DNA from: an uncultured Solobacterium sp.
GTDB taxonomy: Bacteria > Bacillota_I > Bacilli_A > Erysipelotrichales > Erysipelotrichaceae
Length of the DNA stretch: 64,000 nt
Assembly: GCA_938039295.1 (NCBI GenBank)
Contig: CALHUY010000052.1
Coordinates: 1,196 to 65,195, forward strand
Reading direction: 5' to 3'
Of the stretch, positions 48,753-57,915 are shown piece after piece. Every line of letters begins with the position of its first letter. Position 1 is the stretch's first letter. A model generated the notes under the pieces. It had not been told where the DNA came from, ran no database searches, and saw only the letters and a list, made by a program, of their open reading frames with translations. The position numbers were made by a program, and so were the translations under genes.

Positions 48753-49247
48753 ATGAAAACACACGAAGAATACATGGAACTAGCTCTAGAAGAAGCTAGA
48801 AAAGCAGAAGAAATCGATGAAGTTCCTGTGGGATGTGTCATTGTATGTGATGGAGAAGTAATTTCACGTGGGCACAATCTTAAAGAACAACTAAACCAGG
48901 CATATGCACACGCTGAAATGATAGCTATCCAGAAAGCAGCAGAAGTAAAAGGGAATTGGTGTCTAAATGACTGTGATTTATATGTAACTCTAGAACCATG
49001 TATGATGTGTACAGGGATTATCAATCTTTCTCGTATAAGATCAGTATATTATGGCACAACAGATCCAAAAGGCGGATGTTTAGAGACAGTAATCGATTTA
49101 AAGAAGATAAATAGACTTAATCATTATCCAAATATAGTCGGAAATATCCTCCAAAAAGAGTGTGCTGAAATACTAACAAATTACTTCCGTAAAAAAAGAG
49201 AAATCACAAAGGAGAAAAAACAGAAAAATAAAGCCAATATACAGTGA
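48753..49247 (+). CDS. tadA: tRNA-specific adenosine deaminase
   Basis: CMP/dCMP deaminase zinc motifs HAEMIAI...PCMMC. N-terminus MKTHEEYMELALEEARKAEE parallels B. subtilis TadA MTQDELYMKEAIKEAKKAEE. The ORF-track start 48720 overlaps the SRP RNA and is rejected. No clear RBS. Confidence 0.8.
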   Translation: MKTHEEYMELALEEARKAEEIDEVPVGCVIVCDGEVISRGHNLKEQLNQAYAHAEMIAIQKAAEVKGNWCLNDCDLYVTLEPCMMCTGIINLSRIRSVYYGTTDPKGGCLETVIDLKKINRLNHYPNIVGNILQKECAEILTNYFRKKREITKEKKQKNKANIQ

Positions 49248-49278
49248 ATTCCTACATGTGAATGTAGGAATTTTGTTA
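49248..49278 (+). terminator. hairpin ATTCCTACAT-gtga-ATGTAGGAAT + TTTTGTT (weak terminator), followed by the dnaX -10 TATAAT 49278-49283
   Basis: 10-bp perfect stem after the tadA stop. Confidence 0.5.
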
Positions 49279-49303
49279 TAATGAATATACTGGGAGAAAA
49301 ATA

Positions 49304-51022
49304 ATGTCAAAGCAAGCGTTATATCAAAAATATCGTTCATCAAACTTCGAAGAAGTAGTAGGACAAGAGTATATAGTTCAATCAATTAAGAATGCTGTAC
49401 GTGAGCATAAAGTTGGCCACGCATATCTTTTCTGTGGTCCAAGAGGAACCGGAAAGACTACAATGGCAAGACTTCTGGCAAAAGCAGTAAACTGCGAACA
49501 TCCAGAGAAGGCTCCATGTGAAGAATGTGATAACTGTATAGCCGCAAATAGCGGAACACATCCAGATATTATTGAAATTAACGCAGCAAACGAAACTCAC
49601 GTGGAAGATATCCGTGATTTGATTGATCGAAGCAAACTTGCACCAATGCAAGGCCATCATAAAGTGTATATTGTGGACGAGGTACATCAGCTATCCAGTG
49701 CTGCATCTAGCGCATTACTAAAGACATTAGAAGAACCACCAGAAAATGTTATCTTTGTACTAGCTACAACAGATCCACAAAAATTACTACCAACAATTAT
49801 TTCAAGATGCCAACGCTTTGACTTTACAAAATTACGTAAAGACCAAATTAAAAATCATCTATTAGATATCGCAAAGAAAGAGAATATCTTCTTAGATGAA
49901 GAAGCAGCCGAAAATATTGCGGTGCTATGTGACGGTGGTATGCGAGATGCCTTAAGTATTATGGATCAATGTGCATCTTATACAAGTGATCATATTACAG
50001 CTGAAGAAGTAGACCATATTTATGGACTAGCATCTATTGAAGAAAAGATAAACTTAATACATTCAATTCATGCAGGAAATTTAGAAGATATCCTAACAAG
50101 AATTAAGAAGTATGAGCACAAAGGTATCGACTTCCAGAAGTTTACAGATGGAATGATAGATATTCTAAAAGATGTCGTTATTTACCATTCTACAAAGAAA
50201 GATACTTTACTCAAACTTATTACAAAAGAACAAGCAGAATCTTTATCAGAAATATTAAATCAAAAAACATGCATGCATATAATTGAAAAGATGTTTGATT
50301 CTAAAGATAAGTTTAGAATCGCAACATCTTCTGCAAGTTGTTTTGAAGTAATTTGTTTGGGTCTAGCAATTCAGCCTACTATAGAAACTGTGATGGTTGA
50401 AAAGCATGTAGAAGTTGCCACTAAACCACAAGAAAGTAGTTATGTTGTACCTACAGTAGAACTAAAAGAACCAGAAAAACCTATAGAACAACCAATGGAA
50501 ATCAAGGAAGAACAAAAGCCTGTAGAGCCAATAAAGACAAAGGTTTCTACAAGTTCTAACGAACTCTCGGTTGAAGAAATATTAACACTTCTTGTACAAT
50601 GCAAAAAAGCAATTAAATTCGAAGATGATGAGAAGTTCAACAAGATTCATAGTTTATTTGATATGGAAAGCAAGAAGTATACATCACTTCTTGAAGAGAC
50701 AAGAATTGTCGCAAGTGGACTTGATTGTGTTGTACTAACTACCGATTCTAAAGTGCTAGCAAATCGAATGAATGAACCAAAGATGAATCAAGAGTTATAT
50801 CAATTTGCAAAAGAAACTTTAGGTATTGATAAGATGTTGTATATCGCGACAAATGAAGCAATGAAAGATGCAACACTTAAGTTTATCGAACTAAAGAAAT
50901 CAGGTAATCTACCACAGCCAAAATCAATCGTTCGATACACAATTGAAAAGCCACAAGAACTAACAACAGAAGACAAAGTAAAAGCAATTTTCAATCCAGA
51001 AATATTAGAAATAGAGGAATAA
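49304..51022 (+). CDS. dnaX: DNA polymerase III subunit gamma/tau
   Basis: AAA+ clamp-loader motifs (GPRGTGKTT, DEVHQLS, SRC) and a zinc module CEECDNC. Confidence 0.95.
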   Translation: MSKQALYQKYRSSNFEEVVGQEYIVQSIKNAVREHKVGHAYLFCGPRGTGKTTMARLLAKAVNCEHPEKAPCEECDNCIAANSGTHPDIIEINAANETHVEDIRDLIDRSKLAPMQGHHKVYIVDEVHQLSSAASSALLKTLEEPPENVIFVLATTDPQKLLPTIISRCQRFDFTKLRKDQIKNHLLDIAKKENIFLDEEAAENIAVLCDGGMRDALSIMDQCASYTSDHITAEEVDHIYGLASIEEKINLIHSIHAGNLEDILTRIKKYEHKGIDFQKFTDGMIDILKDVVIYHSTKKDTLLKLITKEQAESLSEILNQKTCMHIIEKMFDSKDKFRIATSSASCFEVICLGLAIQPTIETVMVEKHVEVATKPQESSYVVPTVELKEPEKPIEQPMEIKEEQKPVEPIKTKVSTSSNELSVEEILTLLVQCKKAIKFEDDEKFNKIHSLFDMESKKYTSLLEETRIVASGLDCVVLTTDSKVLANRMNEPKMNQELYQFAKETLGIDKMLYIATNEAMKDATLKFIELKKSGNLPQPKSIVRYTIEKPQELTTEDKVKAIFNPEILEIEE

Positions 51023-51025
51023 AAA

Positions 51026-51331
51026 ATGGATATTCAGAAATTAATGGAACAAGCCCGCCAGATGCAAGACAATCTCGGCAAAATTGAAGAAGAACTTAAT
51101 GCGACAGAGTACGAAGGTAAAGCTGGAGGAAATGGTGTTAAGGTTGTTGTAAATGGAAGAAACGAAGTGCAATCTGTAGAAATCGCAGATGATCTTATGT
51201 CTGTAGACAACAAAGAAATGTTACAAGACTTAATTTTAATCGCTGTAAATGAAGCGGTTGAAAAGGCATTCCAAGATAGAGAAAACAAACTTGGTTCTGC
51301 CACCAGCGGATTAAATCTTCCGGGGATGTAA
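51026..51331 (+). CDS. ybaB: nucleoid-associated protein YbaB/EbfC
   Basis: 101 aa. Conserved dnaX-ybaB-recR arrangement. Confidence 0.9.
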   Translation: MDIQKLMEQARQMQDNLGKIEEELNATEYEGKAGGNGVKVVVNGRNEVQSVEIADDLMSVDNKEMLQDLILIAVNEAVEKAFQDRENKLGSATSGLNLPGM

Positions 51332-51334
51332 AGA

Positions 51335-51931
51335 ATGTACCCAAAGAGTTTAACTGAATTAATTGAACGATTAAAATTCTTGCCTGGTGTTGGTGAAAAG
51401 ACAGCAGAAAGATACGCGTTTTCTATTATGGAAATGAATCTGCAAGAGGCAAAAGAATTCGCACAGGCAATTAATGATGTTCATGAGAAGATAACTCATT
51501 GTAGGATATGTGGAAATCTTTCTGAGAAAGACGAATGTGAAATTTGTCGTGATGAAAGTCGCAATCATAAACAGATTTTCGTAGTACAGTCTCCTAAAGA
51601 TGTTATCGCAATGGAAAAAACAGCAGAATACCGTGGTACATATCATGTATTAAATGGTTTAATTTCCTCAAGTAAAGGTATCATGCCAAACGACTTAAAT
51701 ATTGAGTCACTACTTACAAGACTGCCTGAAGCAGAAGAAGTAATTTTAGGTACCAATATCACAATTGATGGAGAAACTACAGCGATGTATTTAGATAAAC
51801 TCATTACATCTCGTTATCCAAATGTATTAGTAACTAGAATTGCACATGGTTTACCATCAGGTGGAATGCTAGATTACGCAGACGAAATGACACTTGCGCA
51901 TGCATTAGCAGATCGTCGCAAGATGAAATAG
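51335..51931 (+). CDS. recR: recombination protein RecR
   Basis: HhH motif, C4 zinc finger (CRICGNL...CEIC), Toprim domain. Confidence 0.95.
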   Translation: MYPKSLTELIERLKFLPGVGEKTAERYAFSIMEMNLQEAKEFAQAINDVHEKITHCRICGNLSEKDECEICRDESRNHKQIFVVQSPKDVIAMEKTAEYRGTYHVLNGLISSSKGIMPNDLNIESLLTRLPEAEEVILGTNITIDGETTAMYLDKLITSRYPNVLVTRIAHGLPSGGMLDYADEMTLAHALADRRKMK

Positions 51932-51946
51932 AAAAGAGGTGTTTCT

Positions 51947-53614
51947 ATGAATACAGATTTAAAGATTGCACAAGCAGCTGTCCTGGAGCCAATTGATACA
52001 ATTGCGCAAAAAGCAGGAATCCCAGAAGAGTACTTGGAACTATATGGCAAAGAAAAAGCCAAAGTAAACATTAAGCTCATGGAAACACTAGCAGACAAGC
52101 CAGATGGAAAACTGGTATTAGTAACTGCAATCAACCCTACAAAAGCAGGTGAAGGTAAATCCACTACTTCTATCGGTTTAGCGGATGGTTTATCAAAGAT
52201 AAATAAAAATGTTATGGCATGTTTGCGCGAACCATCATTAGGACCAGTATTTGGTTTAAAGGGTGGCGCAACAGGTGGTGGATATGCGCAGGTAGTTCCT
52301 ATGGAGTCTATCAACCTACACTTTACAGGTGACATGCATGCAATCACAACAGCCAATAATTTAATCGCAGCTATCTTAGACAACTCAATCTTCCAAGGAA
52401 ATCCACTCAATATCGATCCAACAAGAGTAACTTGGAAGCGTTGCTTAGATATGAATGATCGTACATTACGTGATATTACAATCGCGCAAAAGAAAAAATC
52501 AAATGGTGTTGAAAGAGAAGACCACTTTGTAATTACTGTGGCTTCTGAAGTAATGGCAATCTTATGTCTTTCAAAAGACTTACAAGATTTTGAAAAGAGA
52601 ATTGGAAGAGCGGTAGTAGCGTATACATATGACAATCAACCAGTTACGGTAAATGATATTCAAGCTGCTGGCGCAGCTACGGTTGTTATGAAGGAAGCTA
52701 TTAATCCAAACTTAGTTCAAACTTTAGAGCATACTCCAACATTCATTCATGGTGGACCATTCGCTAATATTGCGCATGGATGTAACTCGGTTATCGCAAC
52801 AAAGATGGCTTTAAAACTAGCGGATTATGTTGTAACAGAAGCTGGCTTTGGCGCAGATTTAGGTGCTGAAAAATTCTTAGATATTAAGTGCCGCTTAGCA
52901 GAGTTAAATCCATCTGCAGTTGTTGTGGTCGCAACCATTCGTGCCCTAAAGATGCATGGTGGAGTTGAACAAGAAAATCTTGACCAACCAAATGTTGAAG
53001 CGATGCTTGCAGGTGCGAAGAACTTACAGAAACATATTGAAACAGTTCAAAGTTTTAAACTTCCATTTATTGTCGCTATCAATAAGTTTGCAAAAGATAG
53101 TAAGGAAGAAGTGGAAGCTCTACTTACATGGTGCCATGAAAATAACTATCCAGTTGCGGAAGCAGATGGATGGGCAAAAGGTGGCGATGGTATGTTGGAT
53201 CTAGCAAATAAAGTTGTAGAGATCACAGACCATGCATGCAAGTATCAGCCAATCTACGATGTGGAAGATTCCATTGAAACTAAAATCACAAAGATTTGTG
53301 AAATAGTATATGGTTCACCACATGTAGAATTTAGTGAACTAACAAAGACAAAGATTCAGGACTTTATCAAACATGGATGGGATAAATTACCAGTATGCAT
53401 GGCAAAGACACCATTATCACTGAGTGATGATCCTACTCTTAAGGGAAGACCGGAAAACTTTGTAACACATATTACAGATATCTCAGTATCTGCTGGTGCC
53501 GGCTTTGTGGTTGTATATACTGGTAATGTACTCACAATGCCAGGACTTCCAAAAGTGCCAGCAGCAGTGAATATGGGAATTGATGAAAGTGGAGAAACCT
53601 ACGGCTTATTCTAA
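51947..53614 (+). CDS. fhs: formate--tetrahydrofolate ligase
   Basis: 555 aa. N-terminus ...IAQAAVLEPI...GIPEEYLELYGK and a P-loop typical of Fhs. Confidence 0.95.
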   Translation: MNTDLKIAQAAVLEPIDTIAQKAGIPEEYLELYGKEKAKVNIKLMETLADKPDGKLVLVTAINPTKAGEGKSTTSIGLADGLSKINKNVMACLREPSLGPVFGLKGGATGGGYAQVVPMESINLHFTGDMHAITTANNLIAAILDNSIFQGNPLNIDPTRVTWKRCLDMNDRTLRDITIAQKKKSNGVEREDHFVITVASEVMAILCLSKDLQDFEKRIGRAVVAYTYDNQPVTVNDIQAAGAATVVMKEAINPNLVQTLEHTPTFIHGGPFANIAHGCNSVIATKMALKLADYVVTEAGFGADLGAEKFLDIKCRLAELNPSAVVVVATIRALKMHGGVEQENLDQPNVEAMLAGAKNLQKHIETVQSFKLPFIVAINKFAKDSKEEVEALLTWCHENNYPVAEADGWAKGGDGMLDLANKVVEITDHACKYQPIYDVEDSIETKITKICEIVYGSPHVEFSELTKTKIQDFIKHGWDKLPVCMAKTPLSLSDDPTLKGRPENFVTHITDISVSAGAGFVVVYTGNVLTMPGLPKVPAAVNMGIDESGETYGLF

Positions 53615-53638
53615 TTAAGATAGAAAGGAGGAATTGTA

Positions 53639-54535
53639 ATGGGATCAATTGCATATGTAACAGATGAAAATATGCTTGCATATCATCGCTTATGTAGAAA
53701 TCAATCGATACTCTTTTGGCGATTATCCAATAAGAAGTTTACGGATTTCCGTAAAGGAGATTTGCTGTTCTTCTTTGCAAGACCAAATCATGGACGTAAG
53801 AAAGCATTGATTGGCTATGCACATTATGATTCTGAAATAAATCTTTCACTTAAACAGATGTGGAATCGATATGGCGATTCCACTGGATACGACACACAAG
53901 ATGGGCTCTACGCAGCGATAGAAAAAGCATCTCGTGGCAATATACCGCCAAAGATGAATTGCTTATATCTAACAAACGTTGTGTTCTTCTTATCACCTGT
54001 CTATCCAGAAGATGTAGGTATTTCTATACAAAACAATCTTGAAAGTTATTGTTATCTAGATAAAGATAGTCCAAAGATAACTGCTAAGATTTTACAACAA
54101 GCACAAAAACACGGTATCGACCTATGGAGTGCGAATCCAAATATCACTCCAGAAGAAATCTTTAAAGAAGATGCCGCAAAACATTATCTAGCAGTCATCT
54201 CACAAGAGATTGGTCAAGATAGTGGAAATGAAAGACAACAACGTACGCTTGAAAAATATGCAAAACAGAAAGCGAAAGAATCTGGTTGGGAATTAATTCG
54301 TGGTAGTAATACAGAATGTATTCGTATGAATGGAACTGAAATACAAATTGCAATTCCGTTTGTATCACAAGTGAAAGAACAACCTCAGAAGATTCGAGAA
54401 TATATAGGAAGGCTAACGATGTATCGCTTGTTGGCCAAGCATCAGGGTTTGGAAGGCAAAATCAGATTTGAAATACTTTCCCCAAATATACCTGACGTAT
54501 TAAAGGAAATGGTGGAAGAAATAAACAATGAGTGA
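53639..54535 (+). CDS. hypothetical protein (298 aa), possible N-terminal PUA/EVE-like fold
   Basis: Coding ORF with RBS AGGAGG. KGDLLFFFARPNHGRKKALIGYAHY resembles the GDLVFFYHS core strand of EVE/ASCH/PUA-like domains. Overlaps the mnmG start by 8 nt. Confidence 0.5.
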   Translation: MGSIAYVTDENMLAYHRLCRNQSILFWRLSNKKFTDFRKGDLLFFFARPNHGRKKALIGYAHYDSEINLSLKQMWNRYGDSTGYDTQDGLYAAIEKASRGNIPPKMNCLYLTNVVFFLSPVYPEDVGISIQNNLESYCYLDKDSPKITAKILQQAQKHGIDLWSANPNITPEEIFKEDAAKHYLAVISQEIGQDSGNERQQRTLEKYAKQKAKESGWELIRGSNTECIRMNGTEIQIAIPFVSQVKEQPQKIREYIGRLTMYRLLAKHQGLEGKIRFEILSPNIPDVLKEMVEEINNE

Positions 54536-56402
54536 TTTTGATATTATTGTCATTGGCGGTGGTCATGCGGGTATTGAAGCTGCGCTGGCTGCTGCGCGAC
54601 TAAAAAAGAAAACCTGTCTTTTGACATTGAAGATAGAAAATATTGGAAAGATGCCATGTAATCCATCCGTAGGTGGACCGGCAAAAGGAATTGTTGTAAG
54701 AGAAATTGACGCCTTAGGTGGTCAAATGGCGATTACTGCCGATAAGACAGCGCTGCAATTCAAGATGTTAAATAGCGCAAAAGGTCCAGGTGTACGTGCA
54801 CTTCGTGTACAGTCAGATAAACTTGCGTATAAGCGTATGATGCAAGATATCTGTTTACATCAAGAAAACCTAAGTGTAATTGAAGGCATGGCGAGCAAAC
54901 TTAACGTAACTGACAACAAAGTTACAGGTATTACGTTAAAAGATGGAACTGTGATGAATGCCAAGATTGTGATTGTAACAACAGGCACATATATGGCAGG
55001 TGTAAATATGATTTCATCAGAAGTTACACCAGGTGGTCCAGATCTTGAACCAACGACAGGGGACTTATCAGAGTCTTTACGAGAGTTAGGATTAAAAACC
55101 TTCAGATTAAAGACAGGAACACCACCAAGAATCCTGCGTTCATCCATCGACTTTAGTAAAGTTAAATTAGAACCGGGTACAGAAGGATTCTTACATTTCT
55201 CAGAATTAACGACAAAAGAAGATGTATTACCATATGATAAACAAGTATCTTGTCATATGACCTATACAACCCCAGAAACACATGAATATATCTTAGGAAA
55301 TCTCAATAAATCCAGTATGTATTCTGGTGTCGTTAAGGGAGTTGGACCTCGTTATTGTCCATCTATTGAAGATAAACTTGTACGCTTCCAAGATAAACCA
55401 AGACATCTATTATTCTTGGAGCCAGAGTCACTAGAGTTAGATACCATTTACCTACAAGGATTCTCCACATCACTTCCAAGAGATATCCAAGAAAAGATGG
55501 TGCATTCATTACCGGGTTTCGAAAATGCAGTAATTAAAAAATATGCATACGCAATTGAATACGATGCAATCGATCCAATTCAAATGAAGCCAAGTTTTGA
55601 ATCAAAGGTGATTGAAAATCTATTTACGGCAGGTCAAGTAAATGGTACTTCAGGTTATGAAGAAGCTGCTGGTCAAGGACTACTTGCGGGAATAAACGCA
55701 TGTATGAAACTTGATGGAAAAGAACCACTTATTCTGGCAAGAAATGAAGCGTATATTGGAGTCATGGTTGATGATTTAACAACTAAGGGCACATTAGAAC
55801 CATATCGCTTATTAACATCACGTGCAGAGTTTAGATTGTTGTTAAGACATGATAACGCTGATCAAAGATTAATTGAATATGGACGCCAAGTTGGACTTGT
55901 CAGTCAAGAAAGATATGATGCATACCTTGAAAAGATGGAGAATGTGAAGAAGTTAATACAACATCTATCTGAAACAACATTCGTACAAGATGAGGAAAAG
56001 ATACATGCATACCTTACTTCATTAGGATATGAAAGTGATGCACATATTGGTATTAATGGAATTGATTTAGTAAAACGTCCAAATGTCACAACAAAGGAAC
56101 TTCTCGCTACAATTGGGGAAGAAGTTGATGAAGAAATTGCTAACCAGTGCGATATCGAACTAAAATATGCAGGCTATATTGATAAAGCAAAACGAGAAGC
56201 CAATAAGCTAAAAGAGATGGATGGTATAAAATTGGGTGTCGATTTCAATTATGATGAGGTTGATAACCTATCTATTGAAGGTAGACAGAAGCTAATGAAG
56301 TATAAACCAGCCACGATGGGACAGGCATCCAGAATTTCAGGTGTTAACCCAGCCGATATCGCAGTACTTGCGATTGCCATTAAACAAGGAAAAGGAAGAT
56401 AA
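54528..56402 (+). CDS. mnmG: tRNA uridine 5-carboxymethylaminomethyl modification enzyme MnmG (GidA)
   Basis: FAD motif IVIGGGHAGIEAA. 624 aa. Confidence 0.97.
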   Translation: MSDFDIIVIGGGHAGIEAALAAARLKKKTCLLTLKIENIGKMPCNPSVGGPAKGIVVREIDALGGQMAITADKTALQFKMLNSAKGPGVRALRVQSDKLAYKRMMQDICLHQENLSVIEGMASKLNVTDNKVTGITLKDGTVMNAKIVIVTTGTYMAGVNMISSEVTPGGPDLEPTTGDLSESLRELGLKTFRLKTGTPPRILRSSIDFSKVKLEPGTEGFLHFSELTTKEDVLPYDKQVSCHMTYTTPETHEYILGNLNKSSMYSGVVKGVGPRYCPSIEDKLVRFQDKPRHLLFLEPESLELDTIYLQGFSTSLPRDIQEKMVHSLPGFENAVIKKYAYAIEYDAIDPIQMKPSFESKVIENLFTAGQVNGTSGYEEAAGQGLLAGINACMKLDGKEPLILARNEAYIGVMVDDLTTKGTLEPYRLLTSRAEFRLLLRHDNADQRLIEYGRQVGLVSQERYDAYLEKMENVKKLIQHLSETTFVQDEEKIHAYLTSLGYESDAHIGINGIDLVKRPNVTTKELLATIGEEVDEEIANQCDIELKYAGYIDKAKREANKLKEMDGIKLGVDFNYDEVDNLSIEGRQKLMKYKPATMGQASRISGVNPADIAVLAIAIKQGKGR

Positions 56403-56405
56403 GAA

Positions 56406-57041
56406 ATGAAATACACAGATGTAGTATCAAACGTGAATGTCTATGGAATGGATTCGGCAGTTATGGGTTCAAAATATCCTATGGCAGTTGATTTAACAAA
56501 AGTAGATGGAACAATTGTTCCACGTACACACGCACTAGCAAACGCAAAACCAGGAAGTGGACATGATAACTTCTTAAATGGAATCATCGTACAGTTCGAC
56601 CTCACATTTACAAATAAGGCATGGGTTGAAGCAGAACGCTATCATTTCCTAGATTTTATTAGTTCACAGTCTACAATGCACCGTATCACAAAGTTCAACT
56701 TAGATGAGGTGTATATCTCTTATACAGATCCACGAATTATCGAAATCATGAAAGAAAAGGTTAATTCCTATAATGAATTAACACAGAAGATTTCTGATAA
56801 AAAAATAGCTGGAGAAGATGTAACAGAATTAAATGAAGAAGCGAAAGTAAAATATCTTGAGATTCTCTACTCTAATCCAGCAGGTTTTAGAATTACTGCA
56901 CGTATGACAACAAACTACCGTCAGCTCAAGACAATTTATGCGCAGCGCAAGACACATCGCTTACCAGAATGGCGTGCATTCTGCGATTGGGTAGAGACAT
57001 TACCTAACGCATCATTTATTGTAAATAGCGACTTAAAATAA
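56406..57041 (+). CDS. divergent ThyX-like (flavin-dependent thymidylate synthase fold) protein, 211 aa
   Basis: By eye: N-terminal VxVxxMGxDxAV block; His53 within GHDNFLNGIIVQF (positional equivalent of ThyX HETPFEHIVFTF); C-terminal ITARMTTNYRQLK...AQ parallels ThyX NARSLMNFLNLR...AQ. Canonical RHRx7-8S is degenerate (R78-Y-H80...S86/87). Assignment is inference. Confidence 0.5.
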   Translation: MKYTDVVSNVNVYGMDSAVMGSKYPMAVDLTKVDGTIVPRTHALANAKPGSGHDNFLNGIIVQFDLTFTNKAWVEAERYHFLDFISSQSTMHRITKFNLDEVYISYTDPRIIEIMKEKVNSYNELTQKISDKKIAGEDVTELNEEAKVKYLEILYSNPAGFRITARMTTNYRQLKTIYAQRKTHRLPEWRAFCDWVETLPNASFIVNSDLK

Positions 57042-57160
57042 GGCGTATCTACAATTTGTGGAAAACTATTTTATCCACAAATAATACAAAACATCTATAA
57101 ATTGTGGAAAAACAAACTATCCACAATTGTGGAGAAAAAAGTTATCAACATATTTTCATC
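57042..57160. promoter_or_regulatory. second DnaA-box cluster (non-oriC) upstream of rsmG
   Basis: TGTGGAAAA 57057, perfect TTATCCACA 57071-57079, TGTGGAAAA 57103, cTATCCACA 57117, TGTGGAGAA 57129, TTATCAACA 57142. Six boxes in ~100 bp. Confidence 0.75.
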
Positions 57161-57205
57161 TTTCACAGGGGACGTGATGGTGATAGAATAGGTCACACAG
57201 AGATT

Positions 57206-57904
57206 ATGACAATACAAGAACTCATAGAAAAAGCAGCAGAGCTACAAATTTCATTGTCAGAAACACAGGTGAAACAGCTTGAACAATACGCCCAACTTTT
57301 GGTTGAGTGGAACGAGAAAATGAATCTCACAGCCATCACAGAACATGGTGAAATCTTAGAGAAACATTTCTATGATTCTATATTGCCATTAGGAAAAGGG
57401 AAGATCTTTGGAAAAGTAGCAGATGTTGGAACTGGAGCGGGGTTTCCAGGGTTGGTTTGGAAAATCGTCAAACCAGAATTAGATGTGTCACTGATTGAAC
57501 CAACTGGGAAACGGTGCACATTCTTACAAGAAGTAATGAATCAACTGCATTTAGAAAACATCCATGTTTATAACACACGTGCAGAAGAACAGGTTAAAAC
57601 AGACCGTGAATTGTACGATGTGGTAACTGCTAGAGCAGTCGCAAACTTACGAGTCTTATCCGAATTATGCATTCCACTAGTCAAAGTAAATGGACTATTT
57701 CTAGCGATGAAGGGTATGCAAGGTAATGCGGAAGCGGAAGAAGCAGCACATGCGACCAAGGTGCTTGGTGTAGAGCTAGAAGAAACACAGGATACATCTT
57801 TATATACAGGAGATATGCGAGTGAACTTATACTACCGCAAAGTAAGTCACACGCCACAACAATATCCACGCAATTACGGGCAAATAAAAAAGAAGCCTTT
57901 ATAA
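57206..57904 (+). CDS. rsmG: 16S rRNA (guanine527-N7)-methyltransferase RsmG (GidB)
   Basis: MTIQELIEKAAELQISLSE... and the SAM motif VADVGTGAGFPGL. Real start set at ATG 57206. The ORF-track start 57104 reads through the DnaA boxes. Confidence 0.9.
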   Translation: MTIQELIEKAAELQISLSETQVKQLEQYAQLLVEWNEKMNLTAITEHGEILEKHFYDSILPLGKGKIFGKVADVGTGAGFPGLVWKIVKPELDVSLIEPTGKRCTFLQEVMNQLHLENIHVYNTRAEEQVKTDRELYDVVTARAVANLRVLSELCIPLVKVNGLFLAMKGMQGNAEAEEAAHATKVLGVELEETQDTSLYTGDMRVNLYYRKVSHTPQQYPRNYGQIKKKPL

Positions 57905-57915
57905 GGGAGGGTTAT

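Noticed and set aside
51874-52635. 253-aa minus-strand ORF antisense to fhs
   Set aside because: It is entirely inside the strongly supported fhs gene and has a Ser/Ala/Pro-rich, low-complexity translation. Long antisense frames are expected opposite conserved genes.
57104-57205. ORF-track N-terminal extension of rsmG (MEKQTIHNCGEKSYQ...)
   Set aside because: The extension reads through the DnaA-box cluster. The conserved RsmG N-terminus begins at ATG 57206 (MTIQELIEKA...).
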